Of a stretch of DNA of 64,000 bases, positions 47,057-55,779 are shown piece by piece. The notes under the pieces are model-generated. The model did no database searches and was not told where the DNA came from. It saw only the letters and a program-made list of their open reading frames with translations. Where the stretch lies: contig OY969577.1 in assembly GCA_963701235.1 (NCBI GenBank), positions 26,170 to 90,169 on the forward strand, read 5' to 3'. A program made the position numbers and the translations under genes. The first letter of the stretch is position 1. Each line of letters starts with the position of its first letter. This DNA is from Candidatus Dormiibacterota bacterium. GTDB taxonomy: Bacteria > Chloroflexota > Dormibacteria > Aeolococcales > Bog-877.

Positions 47057-47697
47057 GCGGACTCGGCATGGGCTGGGTCGTCGTCGCCAAGCGCCCACCG
47101 CTCCAGGCGGCGGCGGACCAAGACCAGAGCCAGGACCGCGAGCACGAGCAGCGCGATCCCGGCCCCGATGCTGAACCAGCCCACGGTCCCGCCGAACCGG
47201 TCGTAGGCCCGTCCGAGTTCGAAGCCGAGGAGTCCGTAGGCGGTCGCCCAGGCGGCTCCTCCCAGGGTGTTGAAGAGCAAGAATTTCCGATACGGCATCT
47301 CAGCCGCGCCCGCGACCAGAGCCCCGAAAGTGCGGAGCACGATGATGAATCGGGCCACGAAGACTGCCAGTGCTCCGCGCCGGACAAAGAAGCGCTGCAG
47401 CAACTGGAGCCGCTCGGGGCTGAGACGAACCCAACCGCCGAAGCGCTGCAAGAGCCGGCTCCCTACCGCGCGGCCGATGCCATAGCCGAGGTTGTCTCCT
47501 AAGATCGCCCCCGCCGCGGCCGCGGCCACGACCCCGGCCAGGCTCAGTCGACCGCTGACGGCGGCGTAGACGGCGCCCGCCACCAAGATGGTCTCGCCGG
47601 GGAAGGGGATCCCGGTGCTCTCGACCAGGGGAGCGGCGAAGATCGCGGCATATCCGTAAGCGTGGAGCAGATGGTCGGGATTGAGGTCGAGAGCCAA
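47053..47697 (-). CDS. DedA family membrane protein
   Basis: VESTGIPFPGETILV motif. A TTG at 47697 directly follows the stop of the upstream DUF72 gene. The tracked ORF reaches 47754. Confidence 0.8.
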   Translation of the reverse strand: MALDLNPDHLLHAYGYAAIFAAPLVESTGIPFPGETILVAGAVYAAVSGRLSLAGVVAAAAAGAILGDNLGYGIGRAVGSRLLQRFGGWVRLSPERLQLLQRFFVRRGALAVFVARFIIVLRTFGALVAGAAEMPYRKFLLFNTLGGAAWATAYGLLGFELGRAYDRFGGTVGWFSIGAGIALLVLAVLALVLVRRRLERWALGDDDPAHAESA

Positions 47698-47698
47698 C

Positions 47699-48595
47699 TC
47701 AGCCCCGCGGTTCCAGCGGCAACGGTAGCTCCACCACGGGAGTCTCGATCTCATCGGGGCTAGCGGGTCGGCCGTCGGGGAGCTTCTGGCCGAGAATCTC
47801 GGCCATCTCGAGACCGTTGAGAACCGCGTAGTTGGACCGGTTGTTGTTGAACAGCAGGTGCACCTCCTCCGCCTCTTCGCTGAGGCGCCGGATGTCGGGG
47901 AGCCACTCCGTCAACTCTTGGCGGTTGTAGAGGTAGTTGAAACGGTCCCCAGAACTCTTGCCCTGGACGTACCAGGAGCGGGCGTTGCGGCCGTGATATC
48001 GCACTACCGCCAGGCGAGGATCGGTCACCTCCACCAAGCGCGGGAATGATCCGGTCCCCAGTTGGGGCTCGTCGACGACACAGAGGGCAATCTGGGATTC
48101 GCGAAGGAGATCGACCACCTGAAGCCAGCGCTCCGGCTCCGTCCAGCTCCGGTTACGAAGTTCCACCACCAGCTGGTCGTCGGGATGGCGGTCACGCAGA
48201 CGGGCCAGACGGTCGAGATCGAGCGGTGACCACCCAAACCACGGTGGGAACTGGTAGTGCACCGCCCTCAGCTTGCCGCTCGCCCGGAGCGGAGCCAGAC
48301 ATTCGCCGAATTGGCTCACCTCATCCTCGGTGGGATCTCGGGGCACGCCTCCCTGGCGCTCGTGAAAGGTCATCGACTTATAGGCCTTGACGTTGAAGAG
48401 GAAGTCATCGGGGGTGCTGCCCGCCCAGTTGGCGGTGCGGTTGGGTGGAGGGATACCGTAAAAGGTGCTGTCGACCTCGACGAGGCAGAAGAAGCGGGCG
48501 TAGTAGGCGAGCCGCGAGGTGGACGGGAGCCCCTTGGGATAGAAGCCCTGGTGGTCGCTCCAATTGCAAGTTCCGACCAGGACCCGTCCCGCCAT
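47699..48595 (-). CDS. DUF72 family protein
   Basis: VGTCNWSDHQGFYPKG..YYARFFCLVEVDSTFYGIP is the typical DUF72 N-terminus. Confidence 0.85.
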   Translation of the reverse strand: MAGRVLVGTCNWSDHQGFYPKGLPSTSRLAYYARFFCLVEVDSTFYGIPPPNRTANWAGSTPDDFLFNVKAYKSMTFHERQGGVPRDPTEDEVSQFGECLAPLRASGKLRAVHYQFPPWFGWSPLDLDRLARLRDRHPDDQLVVELRNRSWTEPERWLQVVDLLRESQIALCVVDEPQLGTGSFPRLVEVTDPRLAVVRYHGRNARSWYVQGKSSGDRFNYLYNRQELTEWLPDIRRLSEEAEEVHLLFNNNRSNYAVLNGLEMAEILGQKLPDGRPASPDEIETPVVELPLPLEPRG

Positions 48596-48704
48596 CAGCT
48601 CATGCTCTCAGGTCCGGCGGACGAACCCACTCTGGGGAGCGCGAAGTGGCCCAAGCCGGCACAGACTACGATGGGTCCCGGTCAGGCAGTGGCGTTCGAC
48701 AACA

Positions 48705-50561
48705 ATGGAGGCACTCCCCACGGAGTCGGGTTCGTTCGATCTGAATGTGGTGGCCTCGACGGTCAACGGGTCGGGAAGCCAGTCCGCCAATCTGGTGCTA
48801 ACGCGGGCCGTGTTCGCGATGGGGATACCGGTGGCGCCCAAGAACCTCTTCCCCTCAAACATCGAGGGCCTGCCCACCTGGTTCTTCCTGCGTGCGACGT
48901 CGGCCGGGTACCGGGCGGGGAGGCGCCGAGCCGACCTCCTGGTGGCGATGGATCGGGCCACCTTCCAGGCGGACATCGCCCGGCTGGAGTCCGGCGGTGT
49001 GCTGGTCTTCGAGGAGGTCTACGGCTCCCCTGAACTGGACGAGGGGGTTCCCCCGCACCTGTACCCGGTCCCGTTTGCGAGGCTGGCCAAGGAGTCCGTT
49101 CTCGACGCGGATCTCCGCAAGTACCTCACCAACATGATCTATGTGGGTGTGGTGGCCGAGATCCTCGGGATTCCCGAGTCCGCCCTGGAGCAGGCCTTGA
49201 CCCAGCAGTTCCATTCCAAGCCCAAGGCGCTCGCTGCCAACCGGGATGCGATCGAGCTCGGCCGCGACTACTTCCGGACCAATCTGACCAAGACCGACTC
49301 GCTCCAGCTCCACTCCTTGGATGCCACCTCCGGCCAGCTCCTGCTGGAGGGCAACCAGGCGGCGGCGCTAGGGGCGATCATGGGCGGCTGCACGGTCCTG
49401 GCCTGGTACCCGATCACGCCCAGTTCCTCGCTGGCTGAACACCTGATCGGTCTCGCCGACCGTTACCGGGTCGACCTCGAGACCGGCGAGCGCCGGATCG
49501 CGACCATTCAGGCAGAGGATGAGCTGGCGGCGGCCGGGATGGTGCTGGGGGCAGGCTGGGCAGGGGCCCGAGCCATGACCACCACCTCGGGACCGGGTAT
49601 CTCGCTGATGGCCGAGTTTGTTGGTCTCGGCTATTACGCGGAGATCCCCGGCGTCTTCGTGGACATCCAACGAGTCGGACCCTCCACTGGGCTTCCCACC
49701 CGAACCATGCAGGGCGATGTCAGCTTCGCCTACACGCTCTCCCACGGCGACACCCGCCATCCGGTGCTGCTGCCCGGCACCGTGCGCGAGTGCTACGAGT
49801 TCGTGCAACTGGCCTTCGACCTCGCCGACCAACTCCAGACCCCGGTATTCGTCCTCTCTGATCTCGACCTGGGGATGAATCTTTGGATGACGGAGGCGCT
49901 GCCCTACCCTGAGCACGAGTTCCAACGAGGCAAGGTGCTGCACAAGCAGGAGTTGGAAAAGATGCAGCGCTTTGAGCGCTACCGCGACGTCGACGGCGAC
50001 GGAGTGCCCTGGCGGACGCTCCCCGGCACCGAGCACCCATTGGCGGCGTACTTCACTAGAGGTTCAGGACACGACGAGGCCGCTCGCTACAGCGAGAACG
50101 AGGACACCTACGCGCGAGTCATGGACCGCCTGGCCCGCAAGCTCGAGAACGGCCGGGAGCTCCTGCCGGCTCCCCTGCTCGACGGTTCCAGTGCCAAGGT
50201 TGGTCTCATCGCCTACGGCAGCTCGCATCACGCTGTGATCGAGGCGCGGACGATTCTCGCAGAGGATGGTCTGGAGACCGACTATCTGCGACTGCGCGCG
50301 CTTCCCACCAGCGCGGCCGTGGCCAGCTTCGTGGCCGAACATGATCGCGTCTACGTCGTGGAGCAGAACCGAGATGGGCAGATGCTGCAGATCCTGCAGG
50401 TGGAGTTGGGTGCCGAGCTCGCGGGGCGGCTTCGGTCGGTTCGCCACTATGACGGCCTGCCATTGTTCGCAGCCGACCTAGTGGAGTCGCTGCGCCAATT
50501 TGAGGACATCGTTCCGCATGCCTCCTCCCTGCAACCCGCCGCCGGGAGCTCCCGCAGATGA
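48705..50561 (+). CDS. korA: 2-oxoacid:ferredoxin oxidoreductase subunit alpha
   Basis: NGSGSQSAN..APKNLFPSNIEGLPTW and AWYPITPSSS motifs. ATG at 48705. Confidence 0.9.
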   Translation: MEALPTESGSFDLNVVASTVNGSGSQSANLVLTRAVFAMGIPVAPKNLFPSNIEGLPTWFFLRATSAGYRAGRRRADLLVAMDRATFQADIARLESGGVLVFEEVYGSPELDEGVPPHLYPVPFARLAKESVLDADLRKYLTNMIYVGVVAEILGIPESALEQALTQQFHSKPKALAANRDAIELGRDYFRTNLTKTDSLQLHSLDATSGQLLLEGNQAAALGAIMGGCTVLAWYPITPSSSLAEHLIGLADRYRVDLETGERRIATIQAEDELAAAGMVLGAGWAGARAMTTTSGPGISLMAEFVGLGYYAEIPGVFVDIQRVGPSTGLPTRTMQGDVSFAYTLSHGDTRHPVLLPGTVRECYEFVQLAFDLADQLQTPVFVLSDLDLGMNLWMTEALPYPEHEFQRGKVLHKQELEKMQRFERYRDVDGDGVPWRTLPGTEHPLAAYFTRGSGHDEAARYSENEDTYARVMDRLARKLENGRELLPAPLLDGSSAKVGLIAYGSSHHAVIEARTILAEDGLETDYLRLRALPTSAAVASFVAEHDRVYVVEQNRDGQMLQILQVELGAELAGRLRSVRHYDGLPLFAADLVESLRQFEDIVPHASSLQPAAGSSRR

Positions 50562-51589
50562 GCGCGGTCACCGTCAAGACCAACTCCTTGGGACTCACCC
50601 GGGATGACTACAAGGGCTTGGCCACCACCTTGTGCGCCGGGTGTGGCCACAATTCCATCACCAACCACATCGTCAAGGCGCTCTACGACCACGGGGTAAA
50701 TCCCTATCACCTGGCCAAGATGAGTGGCATCGGGTGCTCCTCAAAAGCCACCGCCTATTTTGTCGAGCGCTCGCACGCCTTCAACGCCGTGCACGGGCGC
50801 ATGCCGGCGGTCACCACTGGAGCCGCGGTCGCCGACCGGGAGCTGCTGCTGATGGGCATCAGTGGCGATGGCGATACCGCCAGCATCGGTCTCGGACAGT
50901 TCTGCCATCTGGTACGGCGAAATGTCGATTGCACGTACGTGGTTGAGGACAACGGCGTTTACGGACTCACCAAGGGACAGTTCTCGGCCACCGCCGACCT
51001 GGGCTCAGTGCAGCGCAAGGGCACGGTCAATGAGCTGGAAACCATCGACATCGCTGGGATGGCGGTGCAGCTAGGCGCCTCTTTCGTCGCCCGAAGTTTC
51101 TCTGGGGATGGGCAGCAATTGGTGCCGCTCTTGCGGGCGGCCCTGTCCCACCGCGGCACCGCGGTGCTCGACGTCATCAGTCCCTGCGTCACTTTCAACG
51201 ATCACGAGGGCTCAACCAAGAGCTATCAGTATGTGAAAGAGCATGAGCTCATCCTCCAGGAACTCGACTTCATCCCTCAGCAAACTGAAGTGGAGGTGGA
51301 GTACGCCGAAGGCACCTCGGCCGAGGTGGAGCTGCACGATGGCTCGCACCTACGGCTCCGCAAACTGGGCCGAGAGCACAACCCTAAAGATCGGCTTGAA
51401 GCCCTGCGGGTCATCGATCAAGGCAGACAGAAGGGAGAGGTTGTCACCGGTCTTCTCTACGTCAACCCCGAGGCGCTCGACCTCAGCAGCCGAGAGCATC
51501 TGCCCCAAGCTCCACTGCGCGACCTCGGCGAGTCGGAGCTCCGCTTGAGCCCGGACCAGTTCGCAGCGTTGCAGCAGGGCTGGCGCTAG
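50558..51589 (+). CDS. korB: 2-oxoacid:ferredoxin oxidoreductase subunit beta
   Basis: CAGCGHNS and TPP-binding GISGDGDTASIG motifs. ATGA overlap with korA. Confidence 0.9.
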   Translation: MSAVTVKTNSLGLTRDDYKGLATTLCAGCGHNSITNHIVKALYDHGVNPYHLAKMSGIGCSSKATAYFVERSHAFNAVHGRMPAVTTGAAVADRELLLMGISGDGDTASIGLGQFCHLVRRNVDCTYVVEDNGVYGLTKGQFSATADLGSVQRKGTVNELETIDIAGMAVQLGASFVARSFSGDGQQLVPLLRAALSHRGTAVLDVISPCVTFNDHEGSTKSYQYVKEHELILQELDFIPQQTEVEVEYAEGTSAEVELHDGSHLRLRKLGREHNPKDRLEALRVIDQGRQKGEVVTGLLYVNPEALDLSSREHLPQAPLRDLGESELRLSPDQFAALQQGWR

Positions 51590-51721
51590 GCGAGCAAAAG
51601 ACGGCTCTCCGTTCTCAGGGTCGTCTCAGGTTAGGACTCCGGGTGTCGTCTAGCCTCGAGTGGTAATGCGACACCTATCGGCGGCAGTCGCACTGGCTGT
51701 CCGCTAAGAAGGAGGCAAACC

Positions 51722-52180
51722 ATGCGTAGGATCATCATTCGAGGACTTGTGCTAGCGGCCGGGCTCGGCGTTGCCGCCGCCGCTGGAGCGACGACCGTTG
51801 CCGCCGCCACTCCTAGCGCGACTTCTAGCGCCAGCAGCGCCTCATCGACCCCAACTCCCAGCACGTCTTCGATTGTCAACTCTCCTGCCATTCGGAAGTA
51901 CCCCCGTTTCCGCGCTATCGGTGAGGTCGTCTCAGACACATCCAGCGGCGGATCCTTGGGGGCTGGTCAGCTGGTGCTCAAGGAGCCTGACGGGACTGAT
52001 CTGACCATCACTCTGGCCCATCGAACCAAGGGCTGGCGGTACCACGGCCTGGGCGTCAAGCCAACCTCCGAAAACCCCGGCGCCATCGCCGACGGCGAGA
52101 TCGTGGTAGCTGTCGGCCGCAGCCTGTTCGACCTGCATGTCGCGCTGCGAGTTCTCGACCTCGGCTTCGCGGCCAGCTGA
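51722..52180 (+). CDS. Secreted hypothetical protein with a Ser/Thr/Ala-rich linker
   Basis: SD AAGGAGG precedes the ATG. The signal-like N-terminus is MRRIIIRGLVLAAGLGVAAAAGA. Confidence 0.5.
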   Translation: MRRIIIRGLVLAAGLGVAAAAGATTVAAATPSATSSASSASSTPTPSTSSIVNSPAIRKYPRFRAIGEVVSDTSSGGSLGAGQLVLKEPDGTDLTITLAHRTKGWRYHGLGVKPTSENPGAIADGEIVVAVGRSLFDLHVALRVLDLGFAAS

Positions 52181-52221
52181 CCCGCGACTAGCGAAAGCTC
52201 AGAGCTGATCCTCCCCGGGGC

Positions 52222-52246
52222 GGGGCGGACCGCGAAACGGTCCCCC
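52222..52246. terminator. GC-rich hairpin between convergent genes
   Basis: GGGGCGGACCG-cgaaa-CGGTCCCCC forms a stem with one bulged C. No clear U-tract. Confidence 0.4.
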
Positions 52247-52269
52247 TGCCCTGCGAGGCAGCTGGGCGT

Positions 52270-53451
52270 CTAGACGTAGCGATAGCCTGGGGGAAGGGGC
52301 TGGGGAGGCGGCGGTCCGACGTAGATAGCCGAGGGACGGATCAGACGATTATGGCCAGCCTGCTCGCATATGGCCGCCGTCCACCCCACTGTCCGGCTAC
52401 ACGCGAAAGTGGGAGTGAACATGTCCCGGGGAATCCCCGCAGTGTTCATAACCACCCCCGCGTAAAACTCCACATTGGTATACAGCCTGCGGCCGGGCTT
52501 GAGTTCGTTGAGCACCATCAGTGCGGTCTGCTCAACATGCTGGGCCAAATCTGCCTGTTCGCCGCCCAGTTCGAGGGCCACCTCGCGCAGCAGCGTCGAT
52601 CTCGGATCATCAGTCTTGTAGACGCGATGCCCGAAGCCCATCAGGCGCTCGCCTGAGGCCACCTTCTCGCGAAGGTAGTCGTAGGCTCGATCAGCAGTGC
52701 CGATTTCGTCGAGCGTTTGCAGCGCCCGGGAGGGCGCTCCTCCGTGCAGCGGGCCCGACAACGCCCCGATTGCGCCAACCAGTGCTGAACCCAGGTCGGC
52801 TCCGGTAGAGGCGATCACCCTAGCAGTGAAGGTCGAGGCGTTAAACCCGTGCTCCATGGTGAGAATCAAGTACTTCTCCACCGCCCGCGAGTGCTCTTCG
52901 TCGGGGCGCTTGCCCGTCAGCATTTGCAGGTAGGACGCGGCGTAGCCAAGGTCGGGATCCGGTGCCACTGGTTCGAGTCCTTGGTGAGCACGGTACATGG
53001 CCATCAGCAGCACCGGTGCCACCGCGGTCATACGCACGGCTTGTTGACGGACCTCCTCCGCGGAGATGTCCATGGTGGGGCGCAGTTCTGCCGCGCTGGC
53101 GACCAGTGAGATCGCCGTGCGCAGTGCGTCCAGGGGAACGAAGGGTTTGATGTGGGCGATCGCGGGAAGCAGATCAGACACCTGCTCGGGCAAGTCGCGT
53201 AGCGGGATGGTGTCTGCTCGGAACTTCTTCGTCTGCTCCGGATTCGGAAGTTCGCCCTCGATCAGCAGGTGCCAGACCTGCTCGAATGAACACTCCCGAG
53301 CAAGCTCCGCGGCATTGTAACCGCGGTAGTGGAAGAAACCTTCTTCGCCTCTGACGTCGCCGATGGTCGTTTCGGCGACGGCGACCCCCTCAAGTCCGGG
53401 CGGTGCCAGAATTGGCCCGGGCGCCTTCGCCGCCTCTTGGGTCGCGCTCAT
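52270..53451 (-). CDS. Citrate synthase
   Basis: 393 aa. GFGHRVYKTDDPR, GPLHGGA and FFHYRGY motifs. Confidence 0.95.
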   Translation of the reverse strand: MSATQEAAKAPGPILAPPGLEGVAVAETTIGDVRGEEGFFHYRGYNAAELARECSFEQVWHLLIEGELPNPEQTKKFRADTIPLRDLPEQVSDLLPAIAHIKPFVPLDALRTAISLVASAAELRPTMDISAEEVRQQAVRMTAVAPVLLMAMYRAHQGLEPVAPDPDLGYAASYLQMLTGKRPDEEHSRAVEKYLILTMEHGFNASTFTARVIASTGADLGSALVGAIGALSGPLHGGAPSRALQTLDEIGTADRAYDYLREKVASGERLMGFGHRVYKTDDPRSTLLREVALELGGEQADLAQHVEQTALMVLNELKPGRRLYTNVEFYAGVVMNTAGIPRDMFTPTFACSRTVGWTAAICEQAGHNRLIRPSAIYVGPPPPQPLPPGYRYV

Positions 53452-53471
53452 TTGTGCCTCCGGTGATTGAG

Positions 53472-53633
53472 TCAGGCGTGGTCACCCACATGCGATGCCG
53501 GTCCACTGGAGGTTGACGCTTCCCGCTCGGTCTTGGCTGCATAGCGGAACAAGAAGATCCAGGCGATCAGAGACCCGCCGCCGATCAGTGTCAGCATGCC
53601 GAGAACGATCGCGATCTCACCTGCTGTGGTCAT
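53472..53633 (-). CDS. Small membrane protein (53 aa), absent from the ORF track
   Basis: GGAGGTG lies 5 nt before the ATG. Product is MTTAGEIAIVLGMLTLIGGGSLIAWIFLFRYAAKTEREASTSSGPASHVGDHA. The stop is 20 nt before the citrate synthase ATG. A TAGAAT -10-like hexamer lies at 53659..53664 (minus strand). Confidence 0.5.
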   Translation of the reverse strand: MTTAGEIAIVLGMLTLIGGGSLIAWIFLFRYAAKTEREASTSSGPASHVGDHA

Positions 53634-53784
53634 GTGAACACCTCCGTATACAAGTCGTATTCTAGGGAACCCGCGCAGTTAGCACCTCCCCTGAGCATCG
53701 ACGGACGTGTGATCGGCTGCGCTTGAACGGTGGCCGTCCAACCCCGACCAACCCCTCACCAATGGACCCACGTCTGGTGGCACC

Positions 53785-55011
53785 TTGAGCTGTCCCTCGA
53801 TCGATCCTCGCCGTGCTCGTCTGGCCCTCTGGGGATTGGTCGCGGCCACGGCCGCCGACGCCCTCGGCGCGACCATGATCCTGCCCATCCTGCCGCTGTT
53901 CGTGCGCCACGCCGGCGCTTCCTTCGCCGAGGTGGGAGTCGTTACCGCGGTGTTCTGGGCCGCTGGTTTGGCGGTTCGCTACCCGGTGGGCAAGCTGTCG
54001 GACAGGATCGGGCGCAAGGGACCCATCTTGGTGGCGCAGTTGATCTATGCCGCAGCCACCGCTGCCTTCGCCGTCTCCCCTTCCCCGGTATGGTTCATCG
54101 TCCTGCGCGCCGTCCAAGGGGCTGCCGCCGGCGCCGCCACCCTGCTGGCGATGGCGGCGGTTGCGGACTTCGTACCCGTCGACCGCAGGGGCCGGGCATA
54201 TGGATCGCTGACCGCGGCCAACATGGGGGGTACCATCGCCGGACCGCTGATCGGGGCGTCGCTGTTCCAGGTCTCACTGGCCGCCACCTTCCTCGCCTCC
54301 GCGTTCACCGCGCTCGTGGTTGCTGGCGTGATAGCCATCAGCCTCCCCTGGCTCAGGCCGACCCCACTCTCGTCCGACGCCGATCGACCGACGCTCTCAC
54401 TGTGGCGTGATCCGATCATCATCGGCGTCACCATCGCCTCGACGGCGGTGGGGATTCTCATCGGTATGTACGACACGGTCTGGAGCCTGTTGATGCACGC
54501 GCGTCATGCCACCGATTTGGAGATCGGCCTGTCGTTCACTCTGTTCGCGCTGCCCTTCACCCTGGGTTCATGGCCGGCGGGATGGTTGGCGGACCACATG
54601 GACAACCGTTGGCTCATCGGCATCAGCTCCTTGGCCGCTGGTTGTTTCGCAATCACCTACCCCTTCCTTACCAGCGTCGCCTGGTTGATCGGGTTGGGGA
54701 TTTTCGAGGGAATCTTCACGGTCACGGGTACCCCGGCGAGATTGGCAATGCTCTCGCGGCAGGTGCACCCGAGTCAAATGGGAAGGGTCCAAGGCCTGTA
54801 TGGATCGGCTCAAGTCGGCGCTGCAGCTGTGGCTTCGTTAGCCGCGGGCGCCCTGTTTGGGATCTCAATCGTCCTGCCGTTCCTGGCTACCGCGGTGGCC
54901 ATGTGGCTGGCGTCGGTGATCCTGGTGCCTCTCTGGCGAGGCGTGGATGGTCATCCGCACGCCGCCCTCCCCACCGCCACTGTTCCCGGTGCCACGGTTG
55001 GCCCAGACTGA
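53785..55011 (+). CDS. MFS transporter
   Basis: 12-TM-like layout with the GKLSDRIGRK loop motif. The TTG start at 53785 is uncertain. Confidence 0.85.
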   Translation: MSCPSIDPRRARLALWGLVAATAADALGATMILPILPLFVRHAGASFAEVGVVTAVFWAAGLAVRYPVGKLSDRIGRKGPILVAQLIYAAATAAFAVSPSPVWFIVLRAVQGAAAGAATLLAMAAVADFVPVDRRGRAYGSLTAANMGGTIAGPLIGASLFQVSLAATFLASAFTALVVAGVIAISLPWLRPTPLSSDADRPTLSLWRDPIIIGVTIASTAVGILIGMYDTVWSLLMHARHATDLEIGLSFTLFALPFTLGSWPAGWLADHMDNRWLIGISSLAAGCFAITYPFLTSVAWLIGLGIFEGIFTVTGTPARLAMLSRQVHPSQMGRVQGLYGSAQVGAAAVASLAAGALFGISIVLPFLATAVAMWLASVILVPLWRGVDGHPHAALPTATVPGATVGPD

Positions 55012-55018
55012 CAAAGAG

Positions 55019-55048
55019 AGAGCCCGGGCCCGCACGGGCCCGGGCTCT
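55019..55048. terminator. Perfect 13-bp GC-rich hairpin between convergent MFS and satP-like genes
   Basis: AGAGCCCGGGCCC-gcac-GGGCCCGGGCTCT. Confidence 0.6.
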
Positions 55049-55067
55049 GCGGTGGCGGGTCGACGAT

Positions 55068-55712
55068 TTAGTTGGTTGGCAGGATGATCCGCCGTGCGGT
55101 GGCATTAAGCACGTCAGCGAATGACGCGTAGATGGCCGCGATTGCGGTCAGAATCCCAACGTATCCACCGATCTTGGTTAGCGTGGTCCCAGCACCGAAC
55201 CAGTCCCAGCCCGGCACACCGATCGCCAAGAAGACGAAGGTAATGGCCAGCAGGCCGAACACCAGTTGCACAGCACGGGCTCCATGCAGCGACGCGACGA
55301 ACATGTAGGCGGTGAAGATCGCCCACCCAAACAGATAGAGGCCCACGATCGGCCCGACCGTCGCCGGGGCCACCCCCTTGATCCAAACTCCAATCAAAAG
55401 GTAGTAGCTGAACCAGAAGGCTCCGTAAGAGGTGAACGCCGTAGCCGCGAAGGTGTTGCCCCGTCGAAAGGCCCACATGCCCGCGAGAAACTGCGCGCCC
55501 CCACCGTAGGCCGCTGCCATCGGCAGCACGGCTGCCGTCGCTCCGGCGCCAATGATGCCGGCGTTGATGAACGAAAGCATCAAGGTGGTGAAGGCAAACC
55601 CAGCCAACCCCAACGGGGCTGGATCGGCAATCGGATGTGGAGCCTCGGTCGTGTGCATGACCGTCGCTGGCCCCGCGGGAGGAGGTGTTCCTCCGGAGTA
55701 GGTATTAGCCAT
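55068..55712 (-). CDS. satP: GPR1/FUN34/YaaH family acetate (succinate) transporter
   Basis: DPAPLGLAGFAFTTLMLSFINAG motif. It lies immediately downstream of acs. Confidence 0.85.
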   Translation of the reverse strand: MANTYSGGTPPPAGPATVMHTTEAPHPIADPAPLGLAGFAFTTLMLSFINAGIIGAGATAAVLPMAAAYGGGAQFLAGMWAFRRGNTFAATAFTSYGAFWFSYYLLIGVWIKGVAPATVGPIVGLYLFGWAIFTAYMFVASLHGARAVQLVFGLLAITFVFLAIGVPGWDWFGAGTTLTKIGGYVGILTAIAAIYASFADVLNATARRIILPTN

Positions 55713-55779
55713 TATTTGTGGTCTCCCCTCTGTTGTTCTTTCGCCGAAATCCGAGTCAATCAGAGATCCCTAGTGGTTG

